Shown here piece by piece: positions 39,378-48,342 of a stretch of 64,000 bases of DNA; the first letter of the stretch is position 1; each line of letters opens with the position of its first letter. Source of the stretch: a virus; IMG/VR virus record IMGVR_UViG_3300008113_000012, positions 1-64,000 of that record, one strand, 5' to 3'. Position numbers and translations under genes: made by a program. Below the pieces are notes generated by a model, which saw only the letters and a list, made by a program, of their open reading frames with translations, was not told where the DNA came from and searched no databases.

Positions 39378-41093
39378 ATGAGCTGGAAAAAATATTTTAC
39401 ACCTGTGCAAGTAGACGCAACGTCTAGTAGCTATAGTCCAATGGGCAATGGCGCATCTCGTCCAGGACCAGCTCGAGCAAACTATTCTAGTTTTTTACCT
39501 GATGTCTATACTGGTGCTCCTAATCGTGTTGACCGTTATTTGCAGTATGATACAATGGATATGGACAGTGAAGTCAATGCTGCCTTAGATATTATTGCAG
39601 AGTTTACTAGCCAAAAAAATAGAGAAAACCACACTCCTTTTAACTTATTCTACAGAAATAAAGCCACTAACAGCGAGATTACTATCCTTCGCGAGTACCT
39701 ACAGCAGTGGTGTAAACTACAAAAATTTGAAACTAGAATCTTCCGTATTGTGCGTAACGTGTTCAAATACGGTGATGCGTTCTTTGTTCGCGATCCTGAA
39801 ACTAAAAAATGGGTCTACATTGATCCAGGTAAGATTACTAAAATTATTGTAAATGAAAGTGACGGCAAGCGTCCTGAGCAGTATGTTATCCGTGATTTAA
39901 ATCCTAACTTTCAAGATTTAATTGTTACAGCTATTAATCCTAACACTACTAACACAAACAATCGTGGCACTGCCTATGTAGCTGGCGGAGCAGCAGCTAG
40001 AGGACAAGCTGGTGCATACCCTGCTAGTAACGGTACACGTTTTAGCAATAATCAAAACGAAGTAGCAATTGATGCTAAACACGTTATACATTTGTCATTA
40101 TCAGAAGGTTTAGACAATAATTTTCCGTTTGGAAACAGCTTGTTAGAAAACATTTTTAAAGTTTTTAAACAAAAAGAATTGTTAGAAGACGCTATTATTA
40201 TCTATCGTGTACAACGTGCTCCTGAGCGTCGAGTGTTCTACGTTGACGTGGGTAACATGCCAAGTCACTTGGCTATGAGCTTTGTTGAAAGAGTTAAAAA
40301 CGAAATACATCAACGTAGACTTCCAAGTGCTACTGGCGGTGGTACTAATGTTATTGACAGTGCGTACAATCCATTAAGTATCAATGAAGACTACTTCTTT
40401 CCGCAGACAGCAGAAGGTCGCGGAAGTAAAGTTGAAACTTTACCAGGCGGCACTAATCTAGGTGAAATTGACGACTTGAAGTATTTTACCAACAAGTTAT
40501 TCCGCGGGTTACGTATTCCGTCAAGCTACTTACCAACAGGTGCAGATGACAGCGCATCTCAATATAACGACGGGCGTGTGGGTACTGCGTACATTCAAGA
40601 ACTGCGTTTCAATAACTATTGCCAACGACTACAAAGTCTAATGCAAGATGTATTTGATCAAGAATTTAAATTGTATTTGTATGATCGCGGAGTTAACATT
40701 GACTCTAGTTTGTTTGAAGTACAGTTCCAACCGCCACAAAACTTTGCTACATACCGTCAAGCAGAACTAGATGGACAACGTGTGCCACAGTTCCAAACTA
40801 TGAGTCAGATCCCGTTTATGAGCAAACGATTTGCTATGAAACGTTTCTTAGGCATGACAGACGAAGAGTTAGCAGAAAACGAACGTATGTGGGCAGAAGA
40901 AAACGGCAAAGGTAAATCCACGCCAACTGATAGCTCAGGCGAACTTCGAGGTGCTGGCATTAGTTCAGCAGGTATTGAAAGTGATCTAAGTGACTTATCA
41001 GATGAAACTGCTTCTCCAGAAGCCGGCGGAATGCCTGGCGCTGAAGGAACAGCACCTCCTCCAACCGCAGCAACACCAGCACCTGCTGCATAA
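39378..41093 (+). CDS. gp20: Portal protein
   Basis: LLEDAIIIYRVQRAPERRVFYVDVGNMP, EDYFFP..EGRGSKVETLPGG.NLGEIDDLKYF..KLFRGLRIP. Confidence 0.97.
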   Translation: MSWKKYFTPVQVDATSSSYSPMGNGASRPGPARANYSSFLPDVYTGAPNRVDRYLQYDTMDMDSEVNAALDIIAEFTSQKNRENHTPFNLFYRNKATNSEITILREYLQQWCKLQKFETRIFRIVRNVFKYGDAFFVRDPETKKWVYIDPGKITKIIVNESDGKRPEQYVIRDLNPNFQDLIVTAINPNTTNTNNRGTAYVAGGAAARGQAGAYPASNGTRFSNNQNEVAIDAKHVIHLSLSEGLDNNFPFGNSLLENIFKVFKQKELLEDAIIIYRVQRAPERRVFYVDVGNMPSHLAMSFVERVKNEIHQRRLPSATGGGTNVIDSAYNPLSINEDYFFPQTAEGRGSKVETLPGGTNLGEIDDLKYFTNKLFRGLRIPSSYLPTGADDSASQYNDGRVGTAYIQELRFNNYCQRLQSLMQDVFDQEFKLYLYDRGVNIDSSLFEVQFQPPQNFATYRQAELDGQRVPQFQTMSQIPFMSKRFAMKRFLGMTDEELAENERMWAEENGKGKSTPTDSSGELRGAGISSAGIESDLSDLSDETASPEAGGMPGAEGTAPPPTAATPAPAA

Positions 41094-41101
41094 ATACTCA
41101 T

Positions 41102-41341
41102 ATGATTTTAAGAGAATTGTTTTACGCTGATAAAGATTTAAAAAGTGTTTCTAACGACATGCAATATTCTGCAGGTCGTGATAGCAGTGCTATGAAACGT
41201 AAAGATACACGTAAAACGAGATTAACATTACGTCAAATTAATGAGCTCCGTAAGGCTAGCGAAGCTCACATTCTTGAACAAGAAAAAGATTTAGAGTTAG
41301 TGTCTGCAATGTATATGACACCGGCAGCACCTGCTGTATAA
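41102..41341 (+). CDS. Small prohead-region protein (gp67/gp68 position)
   Basis: 79 aa between portal and protease; DTRKTRLTLRQINELRK; ATAAATA motif at 41090-41096. Confidence 0.65.
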   Translation: MILRELFYADKDLKSVSNDMQYSAGRDSSAMKRKDTRKTRLTLRQINELRKASEAHILEQEKDLELVSAMYMTPAAPAV

Positions 41342-41357
41342 TAAATAACTCGATGAC

Positions 41358-41426
41358 GATTTTTTTACAAAATTGTCAAAAAATCCACCATTATACGGTA
41401 TATATTACAATTAAGTGTAAATATAT
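41358..41426 (+). promoter_or_regulatory. Intergenic region with two imperfect inverted repeats and a GTAAATA late motif (a second ATAAATA lies at 41341-41347)
   Basis: GATTTTTTTACAA..TTGTCAAAAAATC and ATATATTACA..TGTAAATATAT. Confidence 0.4.
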
Positions 41427-41462
41427 TTGACAGCCTTGCAATATAACATATAGGAGATAAAC

Positions 41463-42347
41463 ATGACTGATCGAAATAAGTTCGAACAGATGCTCGAGCA
41501 TCTAATTAATGAAGATAGTGACAAAGCCAAAGAGCTTTTCCACCAACTAGTAGTTGAAAAATCTCGTGAAATTTACGAGAACATTTTAGCTGAAGACTTT
41601 ACTGTTGAAGGTGAAGAAGAGGAAGAAATGGACGAAGCAGCTGAAGGCGACGACGAAGAACAAGTCGACGAAGCAGCTGAAGACGACGAAGACATGGACG
41701 AGAGTTTTGGTTTTGCCGAAGGCGGAGATGAAGAAGATTCAGGCGACATTGGCGGCGACGCTAGTGATGACTTTATTGATGACATCGATGCAGAAGGCGG
41801 CGACGAAGGTGACGAAGAAGGCATGGGCGGCGAAGGCGATATTGAAGATCGCGTAGTTGACCTAGAAGATGCTCTTGATGACCTACGTGCTGAATTTGAA
41901 GCATTAATGGGTGACGACATGGGTGGTGACGACATGGGCGGAATGGAGGACATGGGTGATGACGACATGGGCGGAATGGACGGCATGGAAAAAATGCCAG
42001 AAGATGCTTTCATGCGTGAATACGTAGAGAAAGTTGGTAACCCAAAGCATGGTGACAATGGTGCAAACGCCAAGTCAGTCATGGCAAAAGCAAACAATAT
42101 GGGCGGTACAACTGCTAATATCGTAAAAGGTGGAGAAAGCACAACAGGCGGCACAAAAGGCGGTTTGTTAAATCCATCGACTAAAGAAGAAAACTTTGGT
42201 AACGTTAATGTCCCAGGCGGCAACGCAGGTAAGACAGCGTTTAAGAAGAAAGAACCTGGACACGGCGCAGAAAAGAAAGCAACTGGCGACAATGGCGACA
42301 GAAGTGCTGACAGCCCGTTAAATGGCGCTCCTAAAAGAGCAAAGTAA
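41463..42347 (+). CDS. Highly acidic prohead core/scaffold-type protein
   Basis: AGGAG SD; D/E-rich low-complexity middle with DDMGG repeats; LEDALDDLRAEFEALM coil; lies upstream of gp21. Confidence 0.7.
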   Translation: MTDRNKFEQMLEHLINEDSDKAKELFHQLVVEKSREIYENILAEDFTVEGEEEEEMDEAAEGDDEEQVDEAAEDDEDMDESFGFAEGGDEEDSGDIGGDASDDFIDDIDAEGGDEGDEEGMGGEGDIEDRVVDLEDALDDLRAEFEALMGDDMGGDDMGGMEDMGDDDMGGMDGMEKMPEDAFMREYVEKVGNPKHGDNGANAKSVMAKANNMGGTTANIVKGGESTTGGTKGGLLNPSTKEENFGNVNVPGGNAGKTAFKKKEPGHGAEKKATGDNGDRSADSPLNGAPKRAK

Positions 42348-42351
42348 GTAA

Positions 42352-42984
42352 ATGACGATGAACTATCTTCGTGAAAACCTGAGTTTCGACCAAGCAAAAG
42401 TGGTCGTTGAATCCGATGGCGAGAACGGAAAGAACCTTTATATGAAGGGAATTTTCATTCAAGGCGACAAGAGGAATCAGAATCAGCGAGTTTATCCTGG
42501 AAGAGAGATTGCCAGGGCTGTCAAGACCCTGAACGATCAAATTGCAGGTGGCTATTCAGTTTTAGGCGAAGTAGATCATCCAGACGACTTAAGAATCAAC
42601 CTTGACCGTGTAAGCCATATGATCACAGAAATGTGGATGGATGGTGCAGACGGTTATGGAAAATTAAAAATCCTTCCAACACCCATGGGACAACTAGTGA
42701 AAACTATGTTAGAAGCTGGAGTGAAGTTAGGAGTATCAAGCCGCGGATCCGGAAATGTCAGCGATGGCAGTTCCGGTGAAGTATCAGATTTTGAGATTAT
42801 CACAGTAGATGTGGTAGCTCAACCTAGTGCCCCTGGCGCATATCCTACACCAATTTATGAACACCTGATTAATAGTCGTGGTGGTTATAATGCCTTACGC
42901 ATAGCGCAAGAGGTTAAAGATGACCCTAAAGCACAAAAATATCTCAAAGAGAGCTTATTAGGTATAATAAGCAAACTCCAATAA
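42352..42984 (+). CDS. gp21: Prohead core protease
   Basis: GIFIQGDKRNQNQRVYP, LGEVDHP, VSH, GVSSRGSG, DVVAQPSAPGA. Confidence 0.95.
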   Translation: MTMNYLRENLSFDQAKVVVESDGENGKNLYMKGIFIQGDKRNQNQRVYPGREIARAVKTLNDQIAGGYSVLGEVDHPDDLRINLDRVSHMITEMWMDGADGYGKLKILPTPMGQLVKTMLEAGVKLGVSSRGSGNVSDGSSGEVSDFEIITVDVVAQPSAPGAYPTPIYEHLINSRGGYNALRIAQEVKDDPKAQKYLKESLLGIISKLQ

Positions 42985-42997
42985 GAAGGAGAATCAC

Positions 42998-44095
42998 ATG
43001 TTGGACGCACTTAAAAATTTGTTTGAAAACAACGTGGTTTCGGAAGAGATCAAAGCTGACATTGAGGCTGCTTGGGAAACTCGTATCAACGAGAATCGTA
43101 CACAAGTAACTCAACAACTACGTGAAGAATTTGCACAACGCTACGAGCATGACAAACAAGTTATGGTTGAAGCGATTGATCGCATGTTGGGCGACCAACT
43201 ACGCGAAGAAATTCAACAGTTTGTAGAAGATCGTCAACAGTTGGCTGAAATGAAAGCCAAGTATGCTGTTAAAATGCAAAGCAACACAAAACTAATGCAA
43301 GAGTTTGTAACTCGTCAATTAGCTAGTGAAGTTAAAGAATTGCATGAAGATCAAGTACAAATGTCCGCCAAGTTTAAAACACTTGAGCGTTTCGTAGTAG
43401 AAGCTCTGGCTCAAGAAATTGCAGAGTTCCACACAGATAAGCAAGACATTGCAAACGCTAAGGTACGTTTAGTTCGCGAAGGCCGTGAGGCTTTAGCTAG
43501 TATGAAAGAACAATTCATCAAACGTGCTGCTAAACTTGTCGAATCTACAGTTGAAAAGACTCTTACCAAAGAGATCGGTCAATTGAAAGAAGACATTGAA
43601 GTAGCTCGTAGAAACGACTTCGGTCGTAAGTTGTTCGAAGCATACGCTAGCGAATATCAAAACAGTTATCTTAACGAAAAATCAGAAACAGCTAAATTGC
43701 TCAAAGTCATAGACAAGAAAGATTTCGAGGTTGCAGAGGCTAAACACGCTGTAGCACAAGCAACAAAAATCTTAGAAAGCAAAGAAGCAGAAGTAAAATC
43801 TCTAATGGAGAGCAAAGACCGTCAAGAAATTATGAACGAACTAGTAGCACCTTTGGCTAATACCCAGAAAGCTATTATGATCGAATTACTTGAGAGTGTA
43901 CAGACTGCAAAACTACGCGGTAGTTTTGACAAGTACCTTCCAGCAGTTATCGCTGGCGAAGCTCCTCAGAAGAAAAAACAGGCATTATTAGAGGCAAAAG
44001 AAGTAACAGGCAACAAGGAAACCAACAGCGTAAGTAGAAGCGAGCACGAGCACAATATTTTTGATATGCGTCGTCTTGCTGGAATTAAACATTAA
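42998..44095 (+). CDS. gp22: Prohead core scaffolding protein
   Basis: Long coiled coil between gp21 and gp23; GRKLFEAYASE; AGGAG SD. Confidence 0.85.
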   Translation: MLDALKNLFENNVVSEEIKADIEAAWETRINENRTQVTQQLREEFAQRYEHDKQVMVEAIDRMLGDQLREEIQQFVEDRQQLAEMKAKYAVKMQSNTKLMQEFVTRQLASEVKELHEDQVQMSAKFKTLERFVVEALAQEIAEFHTDKQDIANAKVRLVREGREALASMKEQFIKRAAKLVESTVEKTLTKEIGQLKEDIEVARRNDFGRKLFEAYASEYQNSYLNEKSETAKLLKVIDKKDFEVAEAKHAVAQATKILESKEAEVKSLMESKDRQEIMNELVAPLANTQKAIMIELLESVQTAKLRGSFDKYLPAVIAGEAPQKKKQALLEAKEVTGNKETNSVSRSEHEHNIFDMRRLAGIKH

Positions 44096-44109
44096 TTAGG
44101 AGAAAATAA

Positions 44110-45279
44110 ATGTCGGAACTACTAACAGGCCGTTGGGCAGAAACAAAAGAAGCACTTCTTGAAGGTCTATCAGGCACCAAGAAATCCGTAATGGCATCAA
44201 CACTAGAGAACACTCGTAAGTATCTAGCTGAAAGTGCTAGCGTGGGTGCCACTTCTGCCGGCAACGTCGCAACATTAAATCGTGTGATCCTTCCAGTGAT
44301 CAGACGTGTCATGCCAACAGTTATCGCTAACGAGTTGGTCGGTGTACAACCAATGACTGGTCCAGTTGGACAAATCCATACTCTACGTGTTCGCTACAGC
44401 GATACAAACGGTAGCGGTACAGGTGATGCTACAGCTGGTGAAGAGGCACTAAGCCCATTCAAGATTGCAGAAAGCTATTCTGGTGCTGCTGGCACTGGTA
44501 AGGCAGCTTCTACAGCCGCTCTAGAAGGTGCAGCTGGTAAGCGTCTAAGCATTCAAATCTTGAAGCAAACTGTAGAAGCTAAGACTCGTAAGTTATCAGC
44601 TCGCTGGACTTTCGAATCTGCACAAGATGCACAAGCCCAACAAGGTATTGACATCGAAGCAGAAATCATGGCTGCTCTTGCACAAGAAATCACAGCAGAA
44701 ATTGATCAAGAAATTATTTCTTCATTAACAACTCTAGCTGGTACACAGAACCAACAGGCTTATAACCAAGCTGCTGTTTCTGGTACTGCTACTTTCGTTG
44801 GTGACGAACATGCTGCTTTAGCAGTTATGATCAACCGTGTTGCTAACACAATCGCCCAACGTACACGTCGTGGCGCTGGTAACTGGGCAGTTGTAAGCCC
44901 AACAGCATTGACAATTCTACAATCTGCTACTACAAGCGCATTTGCTCGTACAACAGAAGGTACATTCGAAGCACCTACAAACACTAAGTTTGTTGGTACA
45001 TTGAACAATGCTATGAAAGTTTATGTTAACACATATGCATCCAACGATACAATTCTTGTTGGTTACAAAGGTGCTAACGAGAGCGATGCAGCAGCATTCT
45101 ATTGCCCATACATTCCATTGATGAGCAGTGGTGTTGTTCTTGACCCATCAACATTCGAGCCAGTCGTATCATTCATGACACGTTATGGTTATGTTGAGTT
45201 GTCAAACACAGCTAGTTCTCTAGGTAACGCAGCTGATTACCTAGGTACAGTTACTATCAGTAACGCTGTATTCAGCTAA
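44110..45279 (+). CDS. gp23: Major capsid protein
   Basis: RRVMP..IA.ELVGVQPMTGPVGQI..LR, VEAKTRKLSARWT.E..QD, EITAEIDQEII, TRRGAGN, FYCPYIPL, TRYG. Confidence 0.97.
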   Translation: MSELLTGRWAETKEALLEGLSGTKKSVMASTLENTRKYLAESASVGATSAGNVATLNRVILPVIRRVMPTVIANELVGVQPMTGPVGQIHTLRVRYSDTNGSGTGDATAGEEALSPFKIAESYSGAAGTGKAASTAALEGAAGKRLSIQILKQTVEAKTRKLSARWTFESAQDAQAQQGIDIEAEIMAALAQEITAEIDQEIISSLTTLAGTQNQQAYNQAAVSGTATFVGDEHAALAVMINRVANTIAQRTRRGAGNWAVVSPTALTILQSATTSAFARTTEGTFEAPTNTKFVGTLNNAMKVYVNTYASNDTILVGYKGANESDAAAFYCPYIPLMSSGVVLDPSTFEPVVSFMTRYGYVELSNTASSLGNAADYLGTVTISNAVFS

Positions 45280-45307
45280 TCAACTTACCGCAAGGTACGT
45301 TAATTAT

Positions 45308-45332
45308 AAAGGGCTCTTCGGAGCCCTTTCTT
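45308..45332 (+). terminator. Rho-independent terminator after gp23
   Basis: AAAGGGCTC-TTCG-GAGCCCTTT followed by CTT; cUUCGg tetraloop. Confidence 0.85.
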
Positions 45333-45340
45333 ACGAACGG

Positions 45341-45434
45341 ATAAATATATTGTATGATTCACACAGGGTGAATTTTATGCGGAAATCCAACCGCGTATGG
45401 CCTAGAACGCCATGTTTCTTAAGGAGAAAATAAA
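45341..45434 (+). promoter_or_regulatory. Late promoter ATAAATA plus multi-hairpin 5' leader
   Basis: ATTCAC/GTGAAT, TATGCGG/CCGCGTA, ATGGC/GCCAT and TTTCT/AGAAA, the last covering the AAGGAG SD. Confidence 0.55.
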
Positions 45435-46145
45435 ATGGGACGTCCTTTACATAAAAAATATTTTGGTAATACAATTACCCCGTTCAACAACTATGCACAA
45501 GGTGGCAACACTGGTGTAGGCGGAGAAGGCGTTGCTAGTGTAACAATCGCAGCACCAATCACGGCAGATCTAACAGGAACAATTACTGTTACATTTTCAG
45601 CTCCTCAAATTTCAGGCGGCATTACTGCAACAGGTACTGCACAAGTTAACGGCAGCAATGACCTAACAGGTATTTTGATTACTAATGCTGGTTCTGGTTA
45701 TACTTCAGTTCCAACATTCACAGTTGCCGACGGTAACGAGACTGCAACTTATACTAGTGGTTCAGGCGGCGTTACAGTTGCATTGACTAGCGGTGCAAGT
45801 GCTCGTCAAAACGCAATTAAATTTGAAGCACAAATTGGTTCAGGTACTGAAGTTACTACAGGTGACATTATCAAACAAGTTGGAAATCACAGATTTAGAG
45901 TTAGAACAAGTGATGGTACAGAAACATGTAAACTAGTTGCTAGTGCAAATCTTGGTGTAAACGAAATGAGCATTACTGCTACTGACTCAGCAACTAACAC
46001 TTATTTTGTAACTAAAATAACTGCCCGCCGTGTACAGCTAACTCAGATTGCAGGCGGTTCAAACTATGTATACGCAACCGGTGAAAGTGCTCCTTGGAAG
46101 TTTGATGCAGCCGCTGGTATCTACGTACAGATTGAAAATCAGTAA
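45435..46145 (+). CDS. Virion structural protein (possible head decoration or neck-associated)
   Basis: Strong SD, T/G/A-rich, ITNAGSGYTSVPT repeat-type module; directly after gp23. Confidence 0.6.
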   Translation: MGRPLHKKYFGNTITPFNNYAQGGNTGVGGEGVASVTIAAPITADLTGTITVTFSAPQISGGITATGTAQVNGSNDLTGILITNAGSGYTSVPTFTVADGNETATYTSGSGGVTVALTSGASARQNAIKFEAQIGSGTEVTTGDIIKQVGNHRFRVRTSDGTETCKLVASANLGVNEMSITATDSATNTYFVTKITARRVQLTQIAGGSNYVYATGESAPWKFDAAAGIYVQIENQ

Positions 46146-46150
46146 TTAAC

Positions 46151-46172
46151 ATAGGGACTACGGTCTCTATTT
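46151..46172 (+). terminator. Stable intergenic hairpin (weak terminator or RNA-stability element)
   Basis: ATAGGGAC-TACG-GTCTCTAT then TT; cUACGg tetraloop. Confidence 0.55.
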
Positions 46173-46182
46173 AGGAAAATAA

Positions 46183-47232
46183 ATGAAAGTAGTTAATGTA
46201 TCCAATGGCGATTATAAACTGATTGTGCAAAGCGGTGGCGAGATCACTTTTAACACTGGCAGTCAAACGGGTTTAGTTCGCATCACTGGTGACTTGCTAG
46301 TTGAAGGTAATACTACGACTGTACAGTCAGAAACAATGACTGTTAGAGACAACATTATTGTTGTCAACGCAGGCGAAACTGGTAACGGTGTTTCATTAAC
46401 TACTTCTGGTATTACTGTTGACAGAGGAAATTTTTCTGATGCATCATTATTGTTCGACGAAAGTGTGTCGCACCGCAATGCAGCAGGTAGTGCAACAAAT
46501 GGTACATTTACATTTGTAAATGATTTAAACGCACTAGTTGGAATTCAGACCTGTAGTATTAATACCAGAGGTGACAACTTATATTTGATTAATGCGCCAG
46601 GATCAGGTTATGTGACTGTTACTGGTACAACAAATTACGAAACTAATATGTTAAGTTATGCTGCATATTGGCCTACATACCCAACAGGTTCTCCAACTTA
46701 CAGTGGTCCTATTACTATCGTAGAGGATGATACTATTCCAAACATGAAGGCAGTGGCAGATTACTTAACTTCTGGATTATACTTCTTTGACGACTGGAGA
46801 ATTATTGAAGCTAACACTAGTGTGTCAGTTTATGATAGTGCTGGTGGAAATACATACAGACCAACAGGTTACACACCACCTGTTACTAGTAACATTAGTT
46901 TTACTGTTGACGGAAATGAAAGAGGAAAATTTACTCCTTTAGGATTAGATGTTGATAATATTAACGTTTATACAAATACTATCAATAACGCAACTGCTAA
47001 TTTAGTACTAACATCAACTGCAACTGATAATATTGTTCAAGTTGATGCAGTCTTACAATTAGACGACACTGGGTTAAGTCCAACTGCTGTTACAGGATCA
47101 ACAAAGATTTATACAGTGAATTCAAATACAACTCCTGCTCCGGGAAAAACCGGTATATATTTTACCAACCAAGGTAACTCAGACGAACTAGTTGCTAAGA
47201 ATAGAGCACTATTGTTTAGCGTACTATTTTAA
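46183..47232 (+). CDS. Fibre-like virion structural protein
   Basis: ITGDLLVEGNTTTVQSETMTVRDNIIVVN..GITVDRG motif of phage fibre proteins. Confidence 0.65.
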   Translation: MKVVNVSNGDYKLIVQSGGEITFNTGSQTGLVRITGDLLVEGNTTTVQSETMTVRDNIIVVNAGETGNGVSLTTSGITVDRGNFSDASLLFDESVSHRNAAGSATNGTFTFVNDLNALVGIQTCSINTRGDNLYLINAPGSGYVTVTGTTNYETNMLSYAAYWPTYPTGSPTYSGPITIVEDDTIPNMKAVADYLTSGLYFFDDWRIIEANTSVSVYDSAGGNTYRPTGYTPPVTSNISFTVDGNERGKFTPLGLDVDNINVYTNTINNATANLVLTSTATDNIVQVDAVLQLDDTGLSPTAVTGSTKIYTVNSNTTPAPGKTGIYFTNQGNSDELVAKNRALLFSVLF

Positions 47233-47241
47233 GGAAAGAAC

Positions 47242-47574
47242 ATGGCAATTAAGAATACAGCAATTCCAGCAACAACAGATACATCAATTTATACTAGTAG
47301 TGGTGTTAACGCTATTACAACTATTATTGTATGCAACACTAATACAACTCCTAGTACTGGAGATAGAACACTAACTTTATATGCAGTAGAAAACAATGCA
47401 GGTGCTGTAGGTACTCCTGCTACTGGAAATATGATTGTACAAACACTAACAATTCCTGCCGGAGATACAATTAGTTTTGATCAAGAAAAAATGGTGTTAA
47501 TTAATAACGATGCTATTTTTGCCTATACTAGCGGAACCGGATTAACAGCAACAGTAAGCACATTACCGGTATAA
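47242..47574 (+). CDS. Small virion structural protein
   Basis: 110 aa, beta-rich; IPAGDT....EKMVL motif shared with 57542..57871 (IPPNSS....EKLIL). Confidence 0.6.
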   Translation: MAIKNTAIPATTDTSIYTSSGVNAITTIIVCNTNTTPSTGDRTLTLYAVENNAGAVGTPATGNMIVQTLTIPAGDTISFDQEKMVLINNDAIFAYTSGTGLTATVSTLPV

Positions 47575-47579
47575 TACAC

Positions 47580-48311
47580 ATGAGATTTCTAAAAACACTA
47601 ACGCTTAATCGTAGAGCAATTTATGATGACAGACTTGCAATTGATACTGCAAGTGGTGTTATAATGAATACTCCTAATAATCTTTTAATTCCTAAAGGAT
47701 CTACTGCTGACAGACCAGTTAGTCCTGTTAACGGGATGATTCGTTACAATACTACATTAAACGAGATACCCGGATCACCAGGAACGTATTACGGCGATTT
47801 TGAAGTATACCAAGGAAGTTCTTGGAGAGTCGTTAGATTTAAAGAATCTAACGGAGTTACTCTTCAGGACGCTGGCACCGGAAATGATGTATGGACAACG
47901 TTTGGTCCTCTAACTCCTGATCCTTTTGATAATAATTATCAAGCTGAAGTTACATGGAACGCAGCTCAGATTGCAAAAAATATAACAGTTATTGTAGAAA
48001 ACGTTTATCAAATAGGTACAGTAAACTTTGAAATTGTACAAAACCCAACCACTACTGGCACAGGTGCTGAGATTACAACAGGTGCATTTGTAGAAGGAAC
48101 TCAGTATATAATTACCAACGTAGGCGATACTGATTTTACAACATTAGGTGCAAGTGCCAATACTGTTGGAGTTGTGTTTACTATTCCTGTAGCAGGAGGC
48201 ACTGGCAACGGCACTACAGGTAAAGTAAGAAAAACAGGAACTTATCTAGAGTTTTACACTTTTGTTCCTGACACAAAGAAAGTATACGTTCTCCAAAAGT
48301 TTGATCAGTAA
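47580..48311 (+). CDS. Fibre-associated structural protein
   Basis: IPKGSTADRP..PVNGMIRYNTT..FEVY.G..W motif, also found in the large fibres downstream. Confidence 0.65.
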   Translation: MRFLKTLTLNRRAIYDDRLAIDTASGVIMNTPNNLLIPKGSTADRPVSPVNGMIRYNTTLNEIPGSPGTYYGDFEVYQGSSWRVVRFKESNGVTLQDAGTGNDVWTTFGPLTPDPFDNNYQAEVTWNAAQIAKNITVIVENVYQIGTVNFEIVQNPTTTGTGAEITTGAFVEGTQYIITNVGDTDFTTLGASANTVGVVFTIPVAGGTGNGTTGKVRKTGTYLEFYTFVPDTKKVYVLQKFDQ

Positions 48312-48342
48312 AACCTCGCTAAATAGTGTAATGGAGCACTAA

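Noticed and set aside
41905-41990. GACGACATGGG repeats as CRISPR or regulatory array
   Set aside because: In-frame coding repeats (DDMGG) in an acidic core protein, with no unique spacers of regular length.
41573-42397. 274-aa antisense ORF, plus the many other opposite-strand ORFs in the track (e.g. 4906..5559, 37442..37993, 56432..56938)
   Set aside because: Shadow ORFs lying opposite well-supported genes. They arise from codon bias and low complexity and show no SD or recognisable motifs.
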